64,000 nt of DNA from Dipteris shenzhenensis (lineage: Eukaryota). Of the stretch, positions 25,134 to 38,569 are shown piece after piece. The DNA lies in NCBI GenBank assembly GCA_047967505.1, contig CM106538.1. One strand, given 5' to 3'. The notes beneath the pieces were generated by a model. That model ran no database searches. It was given only the letters and a program-made list of their open reading frames with translations, and was not told the DNA's origin. Position numbers and translations under genes: made by a program. The stretch's first letter is position 1; the number at the start of each line of letters is the position of its first letter.

Positions 25134-26957
25134 TAATCAGTGGCCGGACTTTGTGAGGGAGCCACGCAACTTACATCTTGGGCTAGACATGGACGGCGTG
25201 AATCCTTTTGGGTTACGCTCGACATCTTGGTCGACATGGCCCATAGTCATGGTGAATTACAATATCCCACCATGGCTAACAATAAAAAAGGGACACCTCA
25301 TGCTTGCACTACTTGTGCTAGGAAAGTACAAGACAAAAAACATGGACGTGTACATGGCACCTTTGATAGAGGAGTTACAGATATTATGGAGAGGAGTGCA
25401 GACCTTTGATATTTCCAGAGCTCCTAGACATACCAATGATATTTTGGTTAACGGTATCTTGATGTGGACCATGCATGACTACCCAGGATATGGAGAGTGT
25501 GCAGGTATGTGGTTGTGTCTTTACATGTACAATGAGAGATTATGCTTTTTTGACTCTCTTTTGCACGCATGTCTTGTACTAACACATTCATGCACGCGTG
25601 CAAGACTTGTTACAAGTGGGTACCATGCTTGTCCTGTTTGTGAACCGGCTCTGAAATTGCTTGCACGACGCTACTCCAAACATATGAGGAAAAATGTTTA
25701 TGAAGGTCATGCTCGATACCTTCCGCTCGACCATCTCGCATGTGAAGGTCAGCTTGATCCACCACCATCATATTTGAAGGCAAGTGACTGGATTCAAGCT
25801 TGGAGGGTGAATGGAGAGGAACCTCCTCCTAGTATGAAGAGGCTATCGATCTTTCACGAGATTCCTTATTGGGGTCAGTTACAAATCAATCATCTCTTGG
25901 ATCCCATGCATATCTTCAAGAATGTGGGGGCTACTATTTGGGCACACTTGGTTGGTTCCAAGGACTCGAGAGGAGTGCAACAAGACTTGCGTGTTATGAA
26001 TAGGATGTCTCATTTGTGGCCCCAAGTGCATGCTTCGGGAAAAGTTATCCTCTCGAAAGCAACGTGGATCCTCTCTACGAGGGAGAAGGCAGTGGTCAAG
26101 GCAGACATTGCCTCTTTTCAAACACCGACAGGGTACATGCATTGCTTGAAAGGAGAATTTTCAAAGGACAATAAGCTTAGTGGGCTCAAGTCCCATGATT
26201 GGCACAAGGTCTTATAGGTATTCTAAGTAGAATTAGTGTACTGATAATCGTGATGCGTTAGCGTAATTATCATTATGTTATATTGTTGACATGACTTCAT
26301 TGTTGCTTTGATAGTTCATCCTCCCAATTACAATAAAAGGGTGCTTACAAGAAGATGTTAGAAATGCTATATTCAAGATCTGTGGTATTGTGAGGTATGC
26401 TTACTATCAAATCGCATTGAATGTATTTTCTTCAATTTAAGCTAATTAATTTGTAGACTAATTATGAAAATATCTTACATGGACATGTGAAATAGGTGGA
26501 TATCTCAAAAAGAGATCTCCATATCAAGCATCGAGAAGGCTAGGGTGGAATCCATCGAAGCCGTATGCTTGCTTGAGAAGCACTTTCCCTCGAGCATTAT
26601 GATAACTCAAGTCCACTTACTTGTGCACATAGTTGATGAGGTGGCTATAGCAGGTACCGTTCATAGTCGATGGATGTTTTTTCTCGAGGGTTTATGAAAA
26701 CTTTAAAGGGATTTGTAAGACAAAGAGCAAGACCGGAAGCAAGCATGGCAGAGGGATGGCTTGTGCAAGAGTCATTAGTATATATCACAGAGTTTCTTGC
26801 ATCCACCGATCCTGATATGCCGCAAGCTTGGAATAACAAGGATGATGATCGCATGGTTGGTGAGGTTCCCCAAGGAAAAGGGATTGAAAGAAAGATGAGC
26901 GAAGAGCAAATGGAGAAATTCAATAAGTTTTGTATCCTCAATAGCCCTGAGATGCAG

Positions 26958-27272
26958 TACTGCCAGAAGAACCTATTTCTAAAAATGCGATAGCCACACA
27001 AGAACTTGTTGAGATGGCCAGGTGCATGTTGAAAGGCAAACGTTTGCCTAAGAATTTGTGGTTAGATGCAGTCATTGTCCTAATTACATCTTTAATAGAT
27101 GTCCCACAAAGGCATTGCAGACTATCACACCTTATGAGGCTTGGATAGGTCGTAAGCCTCACATTTCTCACATGAGGACTTTTGGATGGTTAGCTTATGC
27201 TCATGTGCCTTCACAGACATGCACTAAGTTGGATGATAAAGATATCAAGTGCATTTTTATTGGGTATAGCTC
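26958..27272 (+). mobile_element. 315-bp Copia integrase fragment inserted in TNP2
   Basis: LVEMARCMLKGKRLPKNLW..NRCPTKAL..TPYEAWIGRKP..KCIFIGYS splits TNP2 LNSPEMQ|KWIERYE. Confidence 0.9.
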
Positions 27273-30200
27273 AAGTGGATTGAGAGATATGAAGTGGCCA
27301 ATGCAGAAGGAATAAATGCAAGGACGAGATTCAGAGTAATGTATAGGTGATCACAACCATATCCATGGGATCTGGCTCTTCTCCCTACTCACATGTCACT
27401 TGATTGGCTACAACTGGCTCTACATAAAGCCGAACATGATGGAGAGACAATAAACGAGCACGAGTGAGAGTTATCATCTGGATGTATGGTGCATGTAAGT
27501 TTCTTACCTCTTAACGTAATTAAGTAATTATTTGTGGCAATATATGCTATAAAATAGATGCATCTTCATTGTTTTAATGATGCTCTTTTACAGGACAAAA
27601 AGTACAGTGCATTATGGTCATATGGATGACATTTTCACGTGGAACGCATCGATTCAAAGAGAGTCATGTATGATTGTGGAGTCATGGCTAACTTCACACA
27701 AGATAGCCGAGCAAGTGCTTCAGATACCAATCTTCTCTCCTCACAGTTGGATTATTGTGGAACCATACGTGACATTTATGAAGTTGATTTCAGACGATTT
27801 AGTATTTTCATTCTTGATGTAAAATGGTTTAGAACTATTTACAACGGTCCCCATGCGACAGTGAGAAAAGATAGTAGCGGTCTCTTTGCAATAGACTCCA
27901 CCAAACATTGGACCGATGAAAGTGATACTTTTGTTCTTCCCGAGCACTGTGAGCAGGTGCATACTAATGATTTAATTAATCGAAGCTTTCGTTTTTAAAG
28001 TCCATTGATACATGTACTTGAGCATAATTTCATATATATAATTGACGACATTTGGCACCCATCTTCAATATAGGCGGTTTTTCATCCGGATCGTTCTGAT
28101 CCAAGATGGTGGTACATAATCCAAGTTGCACCACGAAGTAAGCAAATTTTTGAAGATCGAGATGTGGATATGGAGATGCCACTACCAATGCCGGATCCAA
28201 TTGATGAATCTAGCGAAGAAGATGTAGATCACCATATGAGCCAAGAGGAAGATGCGCATAGTGACATCGCACAGGAGGAAGATGGAGATCACGATATTGA
28301 GGAAGAAGACAATGATCATCAAGAATCACCACACTTTATTGAAGAAGATGATCAAATACTTTTAGGTGAATGTACGATGCTAGAGTATGATGATGATATA
28401 GGAGATCAACTCGGTATAGAGTTGGAGATAGACTTGTTTGGCGCCTAAAACTTGGCTCAAGATGAAACAGTTGATGTAAATGCTCTTAATTGATTTTTCT
28501 CATCTCAAACTTGGACATGAATATATGAGCTTGAAAGGCTTGATGTACATGCTCTCATTTTTTTATTCTCTATGAGATCAAACATGTATGAAAATATAAA
28601 AAAATTTATCATTGGAAAAAACTAACTTTTAAGGCCTATATTAAAAAAAAAACCTCTCCAGAAAACATCGCTATAAATTAGTATATCAGTATCGCTATAT
28701 AGCAACACTTAAAAGTCGCTATATAGCGACCTTTATAATAGTCGCTATATAGTGACTTTTAGCAAGAGTCGCTATATAGTGATGCTTTATAAAACCCGCT
28801 TTTTATACCGATGATTAATGCTAAGCGGGCGCTAAACATCGGTACGTAAACGTCGCAATAGGATCCATGTGTAGTAGTGACGTCCCACTATAAGGACTTA
28901 GAAAATGGACGAGTTTCAAATATATGCTTAGCCTCTAAATGAAACGAATTCCGATGTGACAAGGGTTACCCATTTTAAACACATTTCTCATTAGTGTGAC
29001 AAGGATCTCCCCTTGCTTTGTAAAATTCCCTAAGGTCCTAACAAATCTTTGACCTATGATGGATTTGTTCTTTTTACTTCTACTTATTAACCAATGTCCA
29101 ATTATAAGGATTTGAATGCAACGGTGGTCTATACATATGGATGTAGAGTGAGGCTTATGTGAATGGGGCTTATTTGGCAACTAATAGATTATGGCACCAA
29201 TTGAGGCAATTGTTTTTTATTGTATGGAGCTAGCTAATTCACTAGTTATATTTCTTTGACCGGGTTGCATATTCACATGGATAGTTAGACTAAATAAGAT
29301 TTGTTCCGTGGACCTACTTCCACAGTACATCTTGACACTCAAAAAAAAAAAAGGTGTTACAAAATAGCTCTTTTACCAAGTCTTGCAGTGTGTGCAAATG
29401 CCACTGGTCGATGCTATTAGCAATAGCTGGAGTTTTTAGGAATTAATGATGAGAAGGACATGGATTAGGAAACGATGGGCATCCAAATGCTAGCATGGGG
29501 TAGGCTTGGATCTTCTTGTGTACTAATGCCTACACAAGAAGGGCAAGGTTATGGGTAGGTGAGGAGACCGCTTGGTGACCGAGCATTGTTTTACAGACTT
29601 CCCATTGTGCAGCCTTGGAATTGCTATCACTCAAGATGGGTAGTGTGCACACAAGAACTATTGATGTTTGCTATATGTACACATGTATGCTATAAATGCT
29701 TGAGCGCCGAAAATACAAGGTATGGCACCGACCACAAATTCGTTGCAGGAAGGGCATGGAATGCGTCACTTGTGACTGTAAGTGCTCTAAGGCTTCAGGC
29801 ATCTTATAGAACGTCATCCTGCATCGCCTCGCTCGACGATCTTCTGCTGCTTGTCTCACTTCCATGCCCGCTTTGCTTGCCCCCCCAGGATGTGCACACT
29901 TTCCGAGCAAAAACCTACGAGCAGAAAAGTCCGAGTGATAATTTTTGACACCAACCATGCTTGTATATTTCTCAAAGGAATATATAATTATTTCTTAATT
30001 TCTCATTTATGGAACCATATACTTATTTATTTTTCATTATAACCCTCATTTTAGAGAACATCATCTACATATGAACAAATAGTGAACACTTTAGAAACTC
30101 TTATAAATACCTCCCTACCATACTCTCTTTTGAGGATTATGGTAATTAAATCAATTTAAAAGAGTTTCCCTAATCTTTAGCAATCCCATATTTGAAGCTC

Positions 30201-31011
30201 TCATATAACAATGTATACCATATTCCTTGGATGAGTAGGAAAAAGATATTGGAAACCTCATACTTGCGGCCATTATAATCGATCATAAATTAATCTCTTA
30301 TACATTATCAAATATGGGAAGGCAAGGAACGAATTTTCAAAATATTCCCAATTCTCCAAACCTAAGTGCTTTTAAGGAAATGTGGTCTCTATTGAACTCC
30401 TTCCTACCATAATATGAATTAGGGAGAAGTTGTAACTCTCATATACATCTTGAAATTTTTACTTTTTATCTTTTATAACTATCAAAAGTATAATTTTAAG
30501 CCTACCATTGCATAGATCATGAAATTTTGAACATTTTTCCTTTTAATAGCTCCTCAATCTGAGATAAGGAGCAAAAGTTATGACCCCTTCTACGTGGGCT
30601 CTCCAAGGGTATTCCGCCGGCGGAATAGGGTTGGGGGGCAAGTTCTTCAAACCATATTCCTCTAGAAAAATACACTTAGAGGGTCTATTAAAAAAGTATT
30701 ATATTATTTTCTTAGGTCATCCTGAGGAACTATAAAGAGGATATTTGCTCAAAATTTCATGATCCAACCAATGGTGAAAGGAAAAGAAAGGATTTTTGAA
30801 AGTGATAAAATAAGTCACCACTTGGACATTATATATGTATATTATATAAAGGTACATTTATATCTATATCTATTTATTAGTATTTCATATTTACTTACAT
30901 ATTCCTTGAAATAATTTGGATTTTTTTGCTCCCAAAAAATGACTTGAGCCTATATATTTTGACCCCTCCTACCTTTTGTCCGCTCGTCACTCGGGGGTTT
31001 TTGCTCGGTAA

Positions 31012-32206
31012 ATGGAAACCCCCCCCCACATATCGCCCATGTTCAGCTTCAGCCCACTTCCTCTCCTTCCACCCTACCCCCCTTTAGTCCTTCCCCTTCC
31101 CCTCATGCCGTCTTTCAAGCTTCCTCGCCCTCAGACTTCGATCCCAGCGGCCCTCTCCTTCCACAATTTAGTGCAGCCGGCTCCGTCCCCCACCTTGGGC
31201 TCAGTTCTTTGCATCCTACCCATCGGTAAATTTTAAAAGGCGGTAGGCTGCACGGGAACGGACAACCTGTGATCCCCGCTGCTCCATTGACCAAGGGAAA
31301 GGACTCTTGAGCTCTCATAGGCCGGAGCGTGTAGTCAAGGAAAGATTGCAACGCAAAACAATGAGCAGATGGTTCTCGAGGTTGCAGCTACTGCTGCCGC
31401 CACAAGAATTATGCAAGGTATGAAGGTCTTCCATGTTCTGATAAGCTTGCAGTCCAAGATTATATCGATAAGCCGAGGTTCACATAGACTTATAACTTTT
31501 CGTTTTATGTGATGGCAAAATTTTTACAGGTGCAGCCTGTTAGACGCCACAATTACTTACATACGGTCCTTACAGAAATCCGCTGCAAAAATTTTCGAGA
31601 CGATTAATGCCATGAAAGCTTCAAGAAAACGCCAGGAACTTGTCACGATATCCGATCCTGGCAGCTCCACAACTAACACTGTTGCGCAGCAGCAAATTCC
31701 AGTTGTTGAAGTAAATTCCGATTTGACAGACGTTTTTGTAAATGCCGTATGCAACAACAGAGATCCCTTGCAATTTTCATGCTTGCTATCGGTGGTGCAA
31801 ACTCAAGAACTCGAAGTCCTGAATGCACGCGTTCACAAAATAAGGAAACAGTCATATACACCATCCATGTGAAGGTAATTATTTGTTGCTATCATCCAAC
31901 ACGATGCTCGTGCTCGTTCGGATCAAAAGCAGATTAGCATAGCAGTTTACAATATTTCGACCTAGCTGTGGGATACTATCATCGATGGTTGTGGGTTGGG
32001 TGCAGATCCCAGAGACGGTTAAGCTGCGCGAGCAACTCCTCAAGGATCAGCTCTACGATCTAATAGGTCCAAGCCCTCGGGATTTGAGAGGTGGGTTGGG
32101 AAAGAAAGGCTCCAGTGCCAATACTCCAAGCCAGTTTCTGTGGCAGCGGACAATGAAAATGACAGACAGCCTGGGCACATGTATGACGCAGGTTGAAATC
32201 CGGTAA
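31012..32206 (+). pseudogene. bHLH transcription factor with C-terminal ACT-like domain, decayed
   Basis: Exon 1 ERVVKERLQRKTMSRWFSRLQLLLP..K|GT; exon 2 RCSLLDATITYIRSLQK...LLSVVQTQELEVLNA (frameshift) VIYTIHVK|GT; exon 3 IPETVKLREQLLKDQL. Confidence 0.8.
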
Positions 32207-33084
32207 GCTTCGATGTTATCAGAATCAAGGGCACATGGTTGCTTGAAGGTGTCGAACCTTATCGGAGTTATGGGCACATGCTCAGGCTGAAGTCTGAGGT
32301 GTGTTTTTATTGGCTATCTAACTCTCGCTAGACCTTGCCTGCCTATGTAGTCTGATTGTGCCCGTCAGGCATCGGATTGCCTTCCGTCAGGCATCCAGCT
32401 ACATTAGCTTCTTGAACCTTGCAAAACAAGGTACATGTGCCCAGGCTGAGAGGCTGAGGCGACTGAGACACTCAGCTACAATATTCCACGAATAAAGTCT
32501 CGACAACAGCAACAGTCTCTCCGTTGGTCCGTGCTTGAAAAGACAACGTCGATTGCTAATCTCTAAAGCCTTGGACATGGAGCTAGTTGTACAATGGATT
32601 ATATTAAGTGTTTTGACCCCTTGAGGTTCTTTGTCAACTAAGAGTGGAAACCAGTGCCATCTTCTTTCCCAACCAATCAAAACAAAGAGACTCCTAATTC
32701 ACTGAGTACATGTGCTAGATTTCACACTAAATTTTTTGAAATCTTAACCCGTATTTTAAAGACAGGTAGAAATTTGAGCTAATTTCTCTAAATTTCAACT
32801 GGTGTAAAATACACTAAAGGGTGGAGAGTTGTTTTCTAGCACTGCTAGAAAGCAGCTCTCAAGAGTAAAGATATTAATGCATGATACCTTATGGCTATAA
32901 CTACACTAATACTCTATGTCTTCACCATTGTTTTAAAAAAACATTGTAAAAAAAATACAAAACGCCCTAATATTGATAAGAAATCTAAATATTGATATTC
33001 TAAAATTAGAATTCAAAAACCCTTTGTGTGAATGCATCATATACTGCCACATGTCATAGTGAAGCAAGTGCATCATATACTGCC

Positions 33085-33342
33085 CTCGGGGGGTTCACTA
33101 CTATGAAACCTTATATATCACGTGTATTTTAGGGGTATTTTAGAAAACCCTTAACTAAAATTTTCCCCCTAATAGAAACCTCCCTCTTTACTTATAAAAT
33201 AAATGGGTTTCTTCTGAAGTTGAATTAAAAACTCCCTTTTGTTATTGTAATTCTATTCAATTTTCCCAAAGAGTTGAATTAAAATACCCCTCCTTTTGAA
33301 TGCACGTGGTACACTAAAATTTTATAAGGTGAACACCCCGAG
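33085..33342. mobile_element. MITE, CTCGGGGG family
   Basis: TIR CTCGGGGGGTTCAC...GTGAACACCCCGAG; perfect 8-bp TSD ATACTGCC at 33077-33084 and 33343-33350. Confidence 0.93.
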
Positions 33343-33687
33343 ATACTGCCACATGGAAGGATCAACATTGAAAACCCATTTAAAATGCAAAATCATCATA
33401 CTAAAGTAAGGTAGGATCATGCAACCATTGATTTGATAGGACCCCTAGTTGTGCATATTTGGGTCAACTACATTTGGTTAGGGACTCTACTGCTCAACCT
33501 CACTTGAAAATTCAATATACTGTTGTTTTCACATTGATGTTGTCATCCTCATTAGCCATAGCAATCCCTCAGCAATCCTTTCTCTATTCTTGCTTATTGC
33601 AATCCTCATATTTTTTTTCGCCCTTTCTAAGTTACCTATCTCTGTTGTGCCAATCTACTCCTTTTCCTACCCAACCTTTTCACTAGT

Positions 33688-34526
33688 CCTCCCTTATGCT
33701 TGCGGAATCTTGTGTCCCATTCAAATATTACCAAATGATAGATGTCACGTTCTTGAAGATATGCATGGGATCAAGCAAGTGATTGATCTTGATGTGGGAC
33801 CAATATGGTAAACGATAAAAGATGGAGTATCTAAACAAAAGCTGGTGTTAGCGGGCAATCTTTATTTCCATTCAATATAGCACATAATAGTTTACAAACC
33901 CTTACCAGCTCATGCCATTGGCTTGGCTTCGTGGCTCTCCTGTATATACAGTCCTCTTATTTTTTGTACTTGAAGCCACATGACGTGGCTTGGCTTCATG
34001 CTATATGTACATACAAGCACTTTTTGGGCTATGAATTAATATACACTCCTTTTATTTTTTTGGCTTTCAATTTCCTTGTGCAACGTTTTATCAATGAATG
34101 CCTTGTGAACTAAACGTTTTGGAGTTGTAATGTTTTATTCGAAATTGTAATCGTCGGCTATAGACATGCTTGGAATCGTGCTAATTAAAATGCGGTTGGT
34201 TGTAAGAATTGAATTGCACAATGTGGAAATGGGATTCTTGTAACTACATAGCATACACAGCATTTTGTTCAACCACATAAAATTCTGCTTTTATTAAAAA
34301 AAAGATTCTATAGCGCATCTGTAAGCACATCTATGTACGCATCTTTTTGTTTTTTTTTAAATTTCTACAGAGCATCTAAAAGCATGTCTATAGGCGCATC
34401 TGTTTGTTATATAGACATGCCTATAGACGTGGGTCTGTAGACATGCAAATAGACACGCTCGTAAGTTTTTTTTTAAACTTAAGGAAATGCGTCTGTGCAT
34501 GTTTGTGGGTGCTTTGTCTTGTTATG
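33688..34526 (-). mobile_element. Internally deleted, truncated copy of the CACAA family
   Basis: ~33915-34526 is the reverse complement of 37906-38525 (end GCTTTGTCTTGTTATG), fused to ~33688-33910, the reverse complement of ~41945-42165 (TNP2 HLLDPMHIFKNV). Confidence 0.88.
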
Positions 34527-37202
34527 AAGGTGATGCCGAGCATTTGCACTCTTACTTTGCCTCCACCTCCTTTGCCTTAGCCCATGTGGAGCCATTCCCT
34601 TAGATCCCCTTCTTACAACAAAAAATCATCAGGGTCGCATTGCCTCTAAGAGTTAGTGGTGGTAGGTGTTAAGGGAGAATATGTTGCATGTGGCATATGA
34701 CTTAAACTTTTTGGCCAACCACTAGATCCCTCCTTAGGTACTAGGACACAACCTATTTCTTTAGATGAAGTATTGAGAGGAGGTGATTGGTTCTTTTAGA
34801 ACAAATGACTAAACTATGTTGATCCGATGCTCATCCGCCGATGTGGATTTGTGAGTGGAATACAAGTCACTACAGGAGCAGCACCTAGAGGATAGGAATG
34901 CAATCTATGAAGAGATGCTTTAGAATTACTCACAACTGTAGTAGGCTCACACCAAATTGAAGACAGACTATGGCAACATGCTAGTGGAAGATAGAAAGAC
35001 CGAAAACACTCTCGAGCAAGGCTAAAGGAGATGTAATGAACCTTGCTGGAAAGAACATAAAGTTGCAACATGCCTTGCTATTCTTGTAATAGAAAACCTC
35101 AAAGGCTTGGTAGTAGTAGGTGCCTCAGACCCAATTTGAGGTCTCAGAATAGCAAAATGTGAGCCTAAGGAAGGCTGCTGGCAAAAATCTAGGCACTACA
35201 GTATATTATCTTAGGATTGATGCCTTGGGACTTAAATGCAATTCAAAAAATGAGTATAATAGAAAATTTCATTCATTGAAAAACTGGGAATCTTCAATTA
35301 GAGGTGAACTCTCAAAATCATCAATTATTCAAATGTAAATCCACTTTTCACAATAATAGGCTAACTTTCTAAAAGTTAACATGGCATTACTTTTTAGAAA
35401 GCCTTATTAAAGTTAAAATACAAATATTGGGAAATATCTACCCACCTTGAAAGTGCTCATCTCCCCTGAAAATCCTCTTAGGGTATGATATAAACTTGTA
35501 TTTATGATAAGCAATAAAAGGGAAGCCATAAGAGCTATCTTATTTGAAAGGGTGGCCATGTGATGGTGCCTTGCGTTAAAAAGGGAAACCATGAAATTTT
35601 CTATTTATTTCCTTATGTCCAAAAGGGTAGCTAGAGCTTGCCCTATTTCTACTCTTAATTACCATTTGCATGAATTATAGGACAATTTTGTACTCTTTTA
35701 AAAAATGGAATTTTGTGCACAGTGGTCATTGGTGAAGACCAAGAGTACCGACATAGTTATATCACAAGGTATCATGCAGTAATATCTTCACTCTTGAGGG
35801 ATGCATCACGAGTGTGGACAAAAAACCACAAATGACCCAAACCCTCGATGCAAATAATTCATTGTACAACTAGATCAATGTTCGAATGGAGAAACTTCAT
35901 TATAGATGAGAGTTTGTAACAAAATAAAACATTTAGGAATTTTCGAATGATAGAGATAAATGTCTCACACAAATTGAAAGCTAGATGCTTCACTGTACAT
36001 TGTTTGGCATTGAGAGTTAGTACACATGCATGAACCTACACACAACTACCAAAGCGTCACTGGTCATGCACGCAATTTGTGCACACATCTAATTGAAGAG
36101 GGCACATAAGTGCACCCTTAAGTGCTCAAACTAGCACCTTAGTTTTGAAAGTTGCAAAACTTGGCACCACTTGTAGACTTTTTTTCTGTGTCATTGGATG
36201 AGTACACAGCTGTGGATACTACATCGTGGTTGGGAATGCATTTGTAGATGGTAGAAAACAATAAGACAAAGCCATATTTTTTACATGTACACAAACTTAA
36301 TTCAGAATCCAATGCTAATAACTTAGTGCAAGTTTTGATCCAAGCTTTAAAAGAGTATGGAGGCATGACAGAGTCTGAGATGGTCAAGAAACTTGTTTGT
36401 TTTGTATGTGATGGTGCTTCAGTCTTGCAAGGTTGTCGAAATAGTGTCTCTATATAAATAGAAACAAAATATGCTCCTTACTATGTTGGGATACATTGTA
36501 TGGCTCATCGCACAAATCTAGCTTACAAAGTTATGTCTACATTTCCATCAGTACAACGAATCGAGATGTTGGTTAAAAAAAGCTACTCTTACTTTTGCAA
36601 GAGTCCAAAAGGATACAATCAATTTAGAGTTATTGCAGAAGCACTGGGTACAAAAGGGAGGAAGATTTTGAAAAATGTGGATACTAGATGGATATCTTTG
36701 GTTCAGCCAGTGAAAAGATTATGGGATGAACTCGGGATGAATACAAGACTTTGGTCTATTTAATGCACATGGAGGCAGAAGAAGAGGTTGAAAAGGCAGA
36801 TATTTTGTATCATAAACTGACCAATGTAGATTCCATATTGGGATTGTGTGGAATTATTCCACTTTTAGACAAAATGAATATGTTGAGTAAAATGTCGCAA
36901 TCGAAGGATATTTATATCAACGAATATGTCAAGGCAATAAAACTCACTAATTTGAGTATAACAACAGCATACGATAAGAAGTCAAGCTCCAGTTTTCAAG
37001 ACAAGAAATTGTTTAAAGATTGGAAAAGTTTAATAGACCTAGATGGGGATTCCTCACTTTTAACATGCACTGACCAGGAAGGATATGTTTGCCTTCGTGC
37101 AAACAATCAAGTTTTCAGGATGACAAGAGAAAACAAATGACACAATAGACTACAATACATTAAAAAAGAGGCTTTTTAAAAGAAAGTACAAATAGTGAAA
37201 AA

Positions 37203-37448
37203 CTCGGGGGGGTCACTCATTATATGTAACCCTATCACGTGAGTTCAACAGAAGGATGTTTTTAATATCTAAATTTAACAAAAGTTAATTTACATAAGGG
37301 AGTATTTAAAACAATTTTCAAAAAAATTTACAGATTTGTATAGAAAAAGGGTACATTTTATTAATGAAAAATTTACAGATAAGGGATTTTAGAAATATGC
37401 CTTGAACGAACGTGATATAGAGGGTTTATACATAGTGACCCCCCTGAG
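37203..37448. mobile_element. MITE, CTCGGGGG family, inserted in the hAT CDS
   Basis: TIR CTCGGGGGGGTCACT...AGTGACCCCCCTGAG; perfect 8-bp TSD GTGAAAAA at 37195-37202 and 37449-37456. Confidence 0.95.
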
Positions 37449-38569
37449 GTGAAAAATGCCCTTAGTGAAGTTGCAAGTGCAGTGTAGATGAGATTAGAAG
37501 TAGGTTTCCATGAAATGACCTAATGGAAGCATTTACCATCATATTTTCACATTTTTGGGTCAATGGATCTTATGAAAGTATCAAAGCAGGTCTAAAGAAT
37601 CATTTGGATGCTCTCAAAAAACACTTTGGACGGGACATTGACATGGACAATATAAAGTACAATGGTTTATTCGATTTTGGAAAGCTTTATTCACAGTCTT
37701 CCCTTTTTGGAGAAGTCATGCACCAGCAAAGTAATTTAATGGAAAATGTTCAAATGCAAGGTTCGATGGTTCGGCTTTGGAACGAGCTCTCTCGCAGTAC
37801 ATTCCTACAAGATAACATTTCTAAGTACTTCAAGCTTGCAAATTTATTTCAAACCTTTATTCTTGGCTCAGTTGAGGATGAAAGGTGTTTTAGTACTCTC
37901 GGTTACACAACAAGACAAAGCGCCCATAGATGCGCACACAGACGCATTTATTGAACTTAAAAAAAAACCCATGGGCGCATCTATTTGCATGTCTATTTGC
38001 ACGTCTAGAGACCCGCGTCTAACAACACGTCTATATAGCAGACATACACGCATATAGATGTGCATCTAGATGCCTAAATAAACGCTTTGCTAAAAAATTT
38101 AAAAAACAGACAGACGCATCGTTAAACATGTGTATAGACGCATTTATAAACGGTCTTATAGACGCTTTTATAGACGCGCAAATAGATGCTTCCCGAACAC
38201 ATAGACGCGTATATAGATGCATTTATAGATGCACTGATAGACGTGCTACATAATATGTATTTTTTAATTTACAGAATGCTGTGTATGTTGTGTATGCTAT
38301 ATAGTTACAAGAATCCCATTTCCACATTGTGTAATTCAATTCTTACAGCCAACCGCATTTTAATTACAATTCCAAATAAAACATTACAACTCCAAAACGC
38401 AATAAAATTGAAAGCTCAAAAAGTGCTTGTATGTACATATAGCACGAAGCTAAGCCATGTCATGTGGCTTCAAGTACAAAAAATAAGAGGAGTGTATATA
38501 CAAGAGGCACGAAGCCAAGCCAGTGGCTTTAAGTACAAAAAAGAGTAGCTAGCACTACTTCTACAACTA

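Larger units (their letters stand above)
23757..28448 (+). pseudogene. CACTA TNP2/TnpD transposase, family 1, spliced and disrupted
   Basis: IHACRNDCILF, CPKCGEQRY, LRHFPIIARIQ, LGLDMDGVNPFG, WTMHDYPG, HLLDPMHIFKNV, GLKSHDWHK, FMKTLKGFVRQRARPEASM, LDYCGTIRDI; several GT-AG introns. Confidence 0.95.
19009..28879 (+). mobile_element. CACTA/En-Spm element, family 1 (left tip missing)
   Basis: Right end GTGTAGTAGTG at 28879; GTCGCTATATAGCGAC-type repeats at ~19017, 23547-23652 and 28665-28785; contains TNP2 and TnpA-like genes. Confidence 0.92.
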
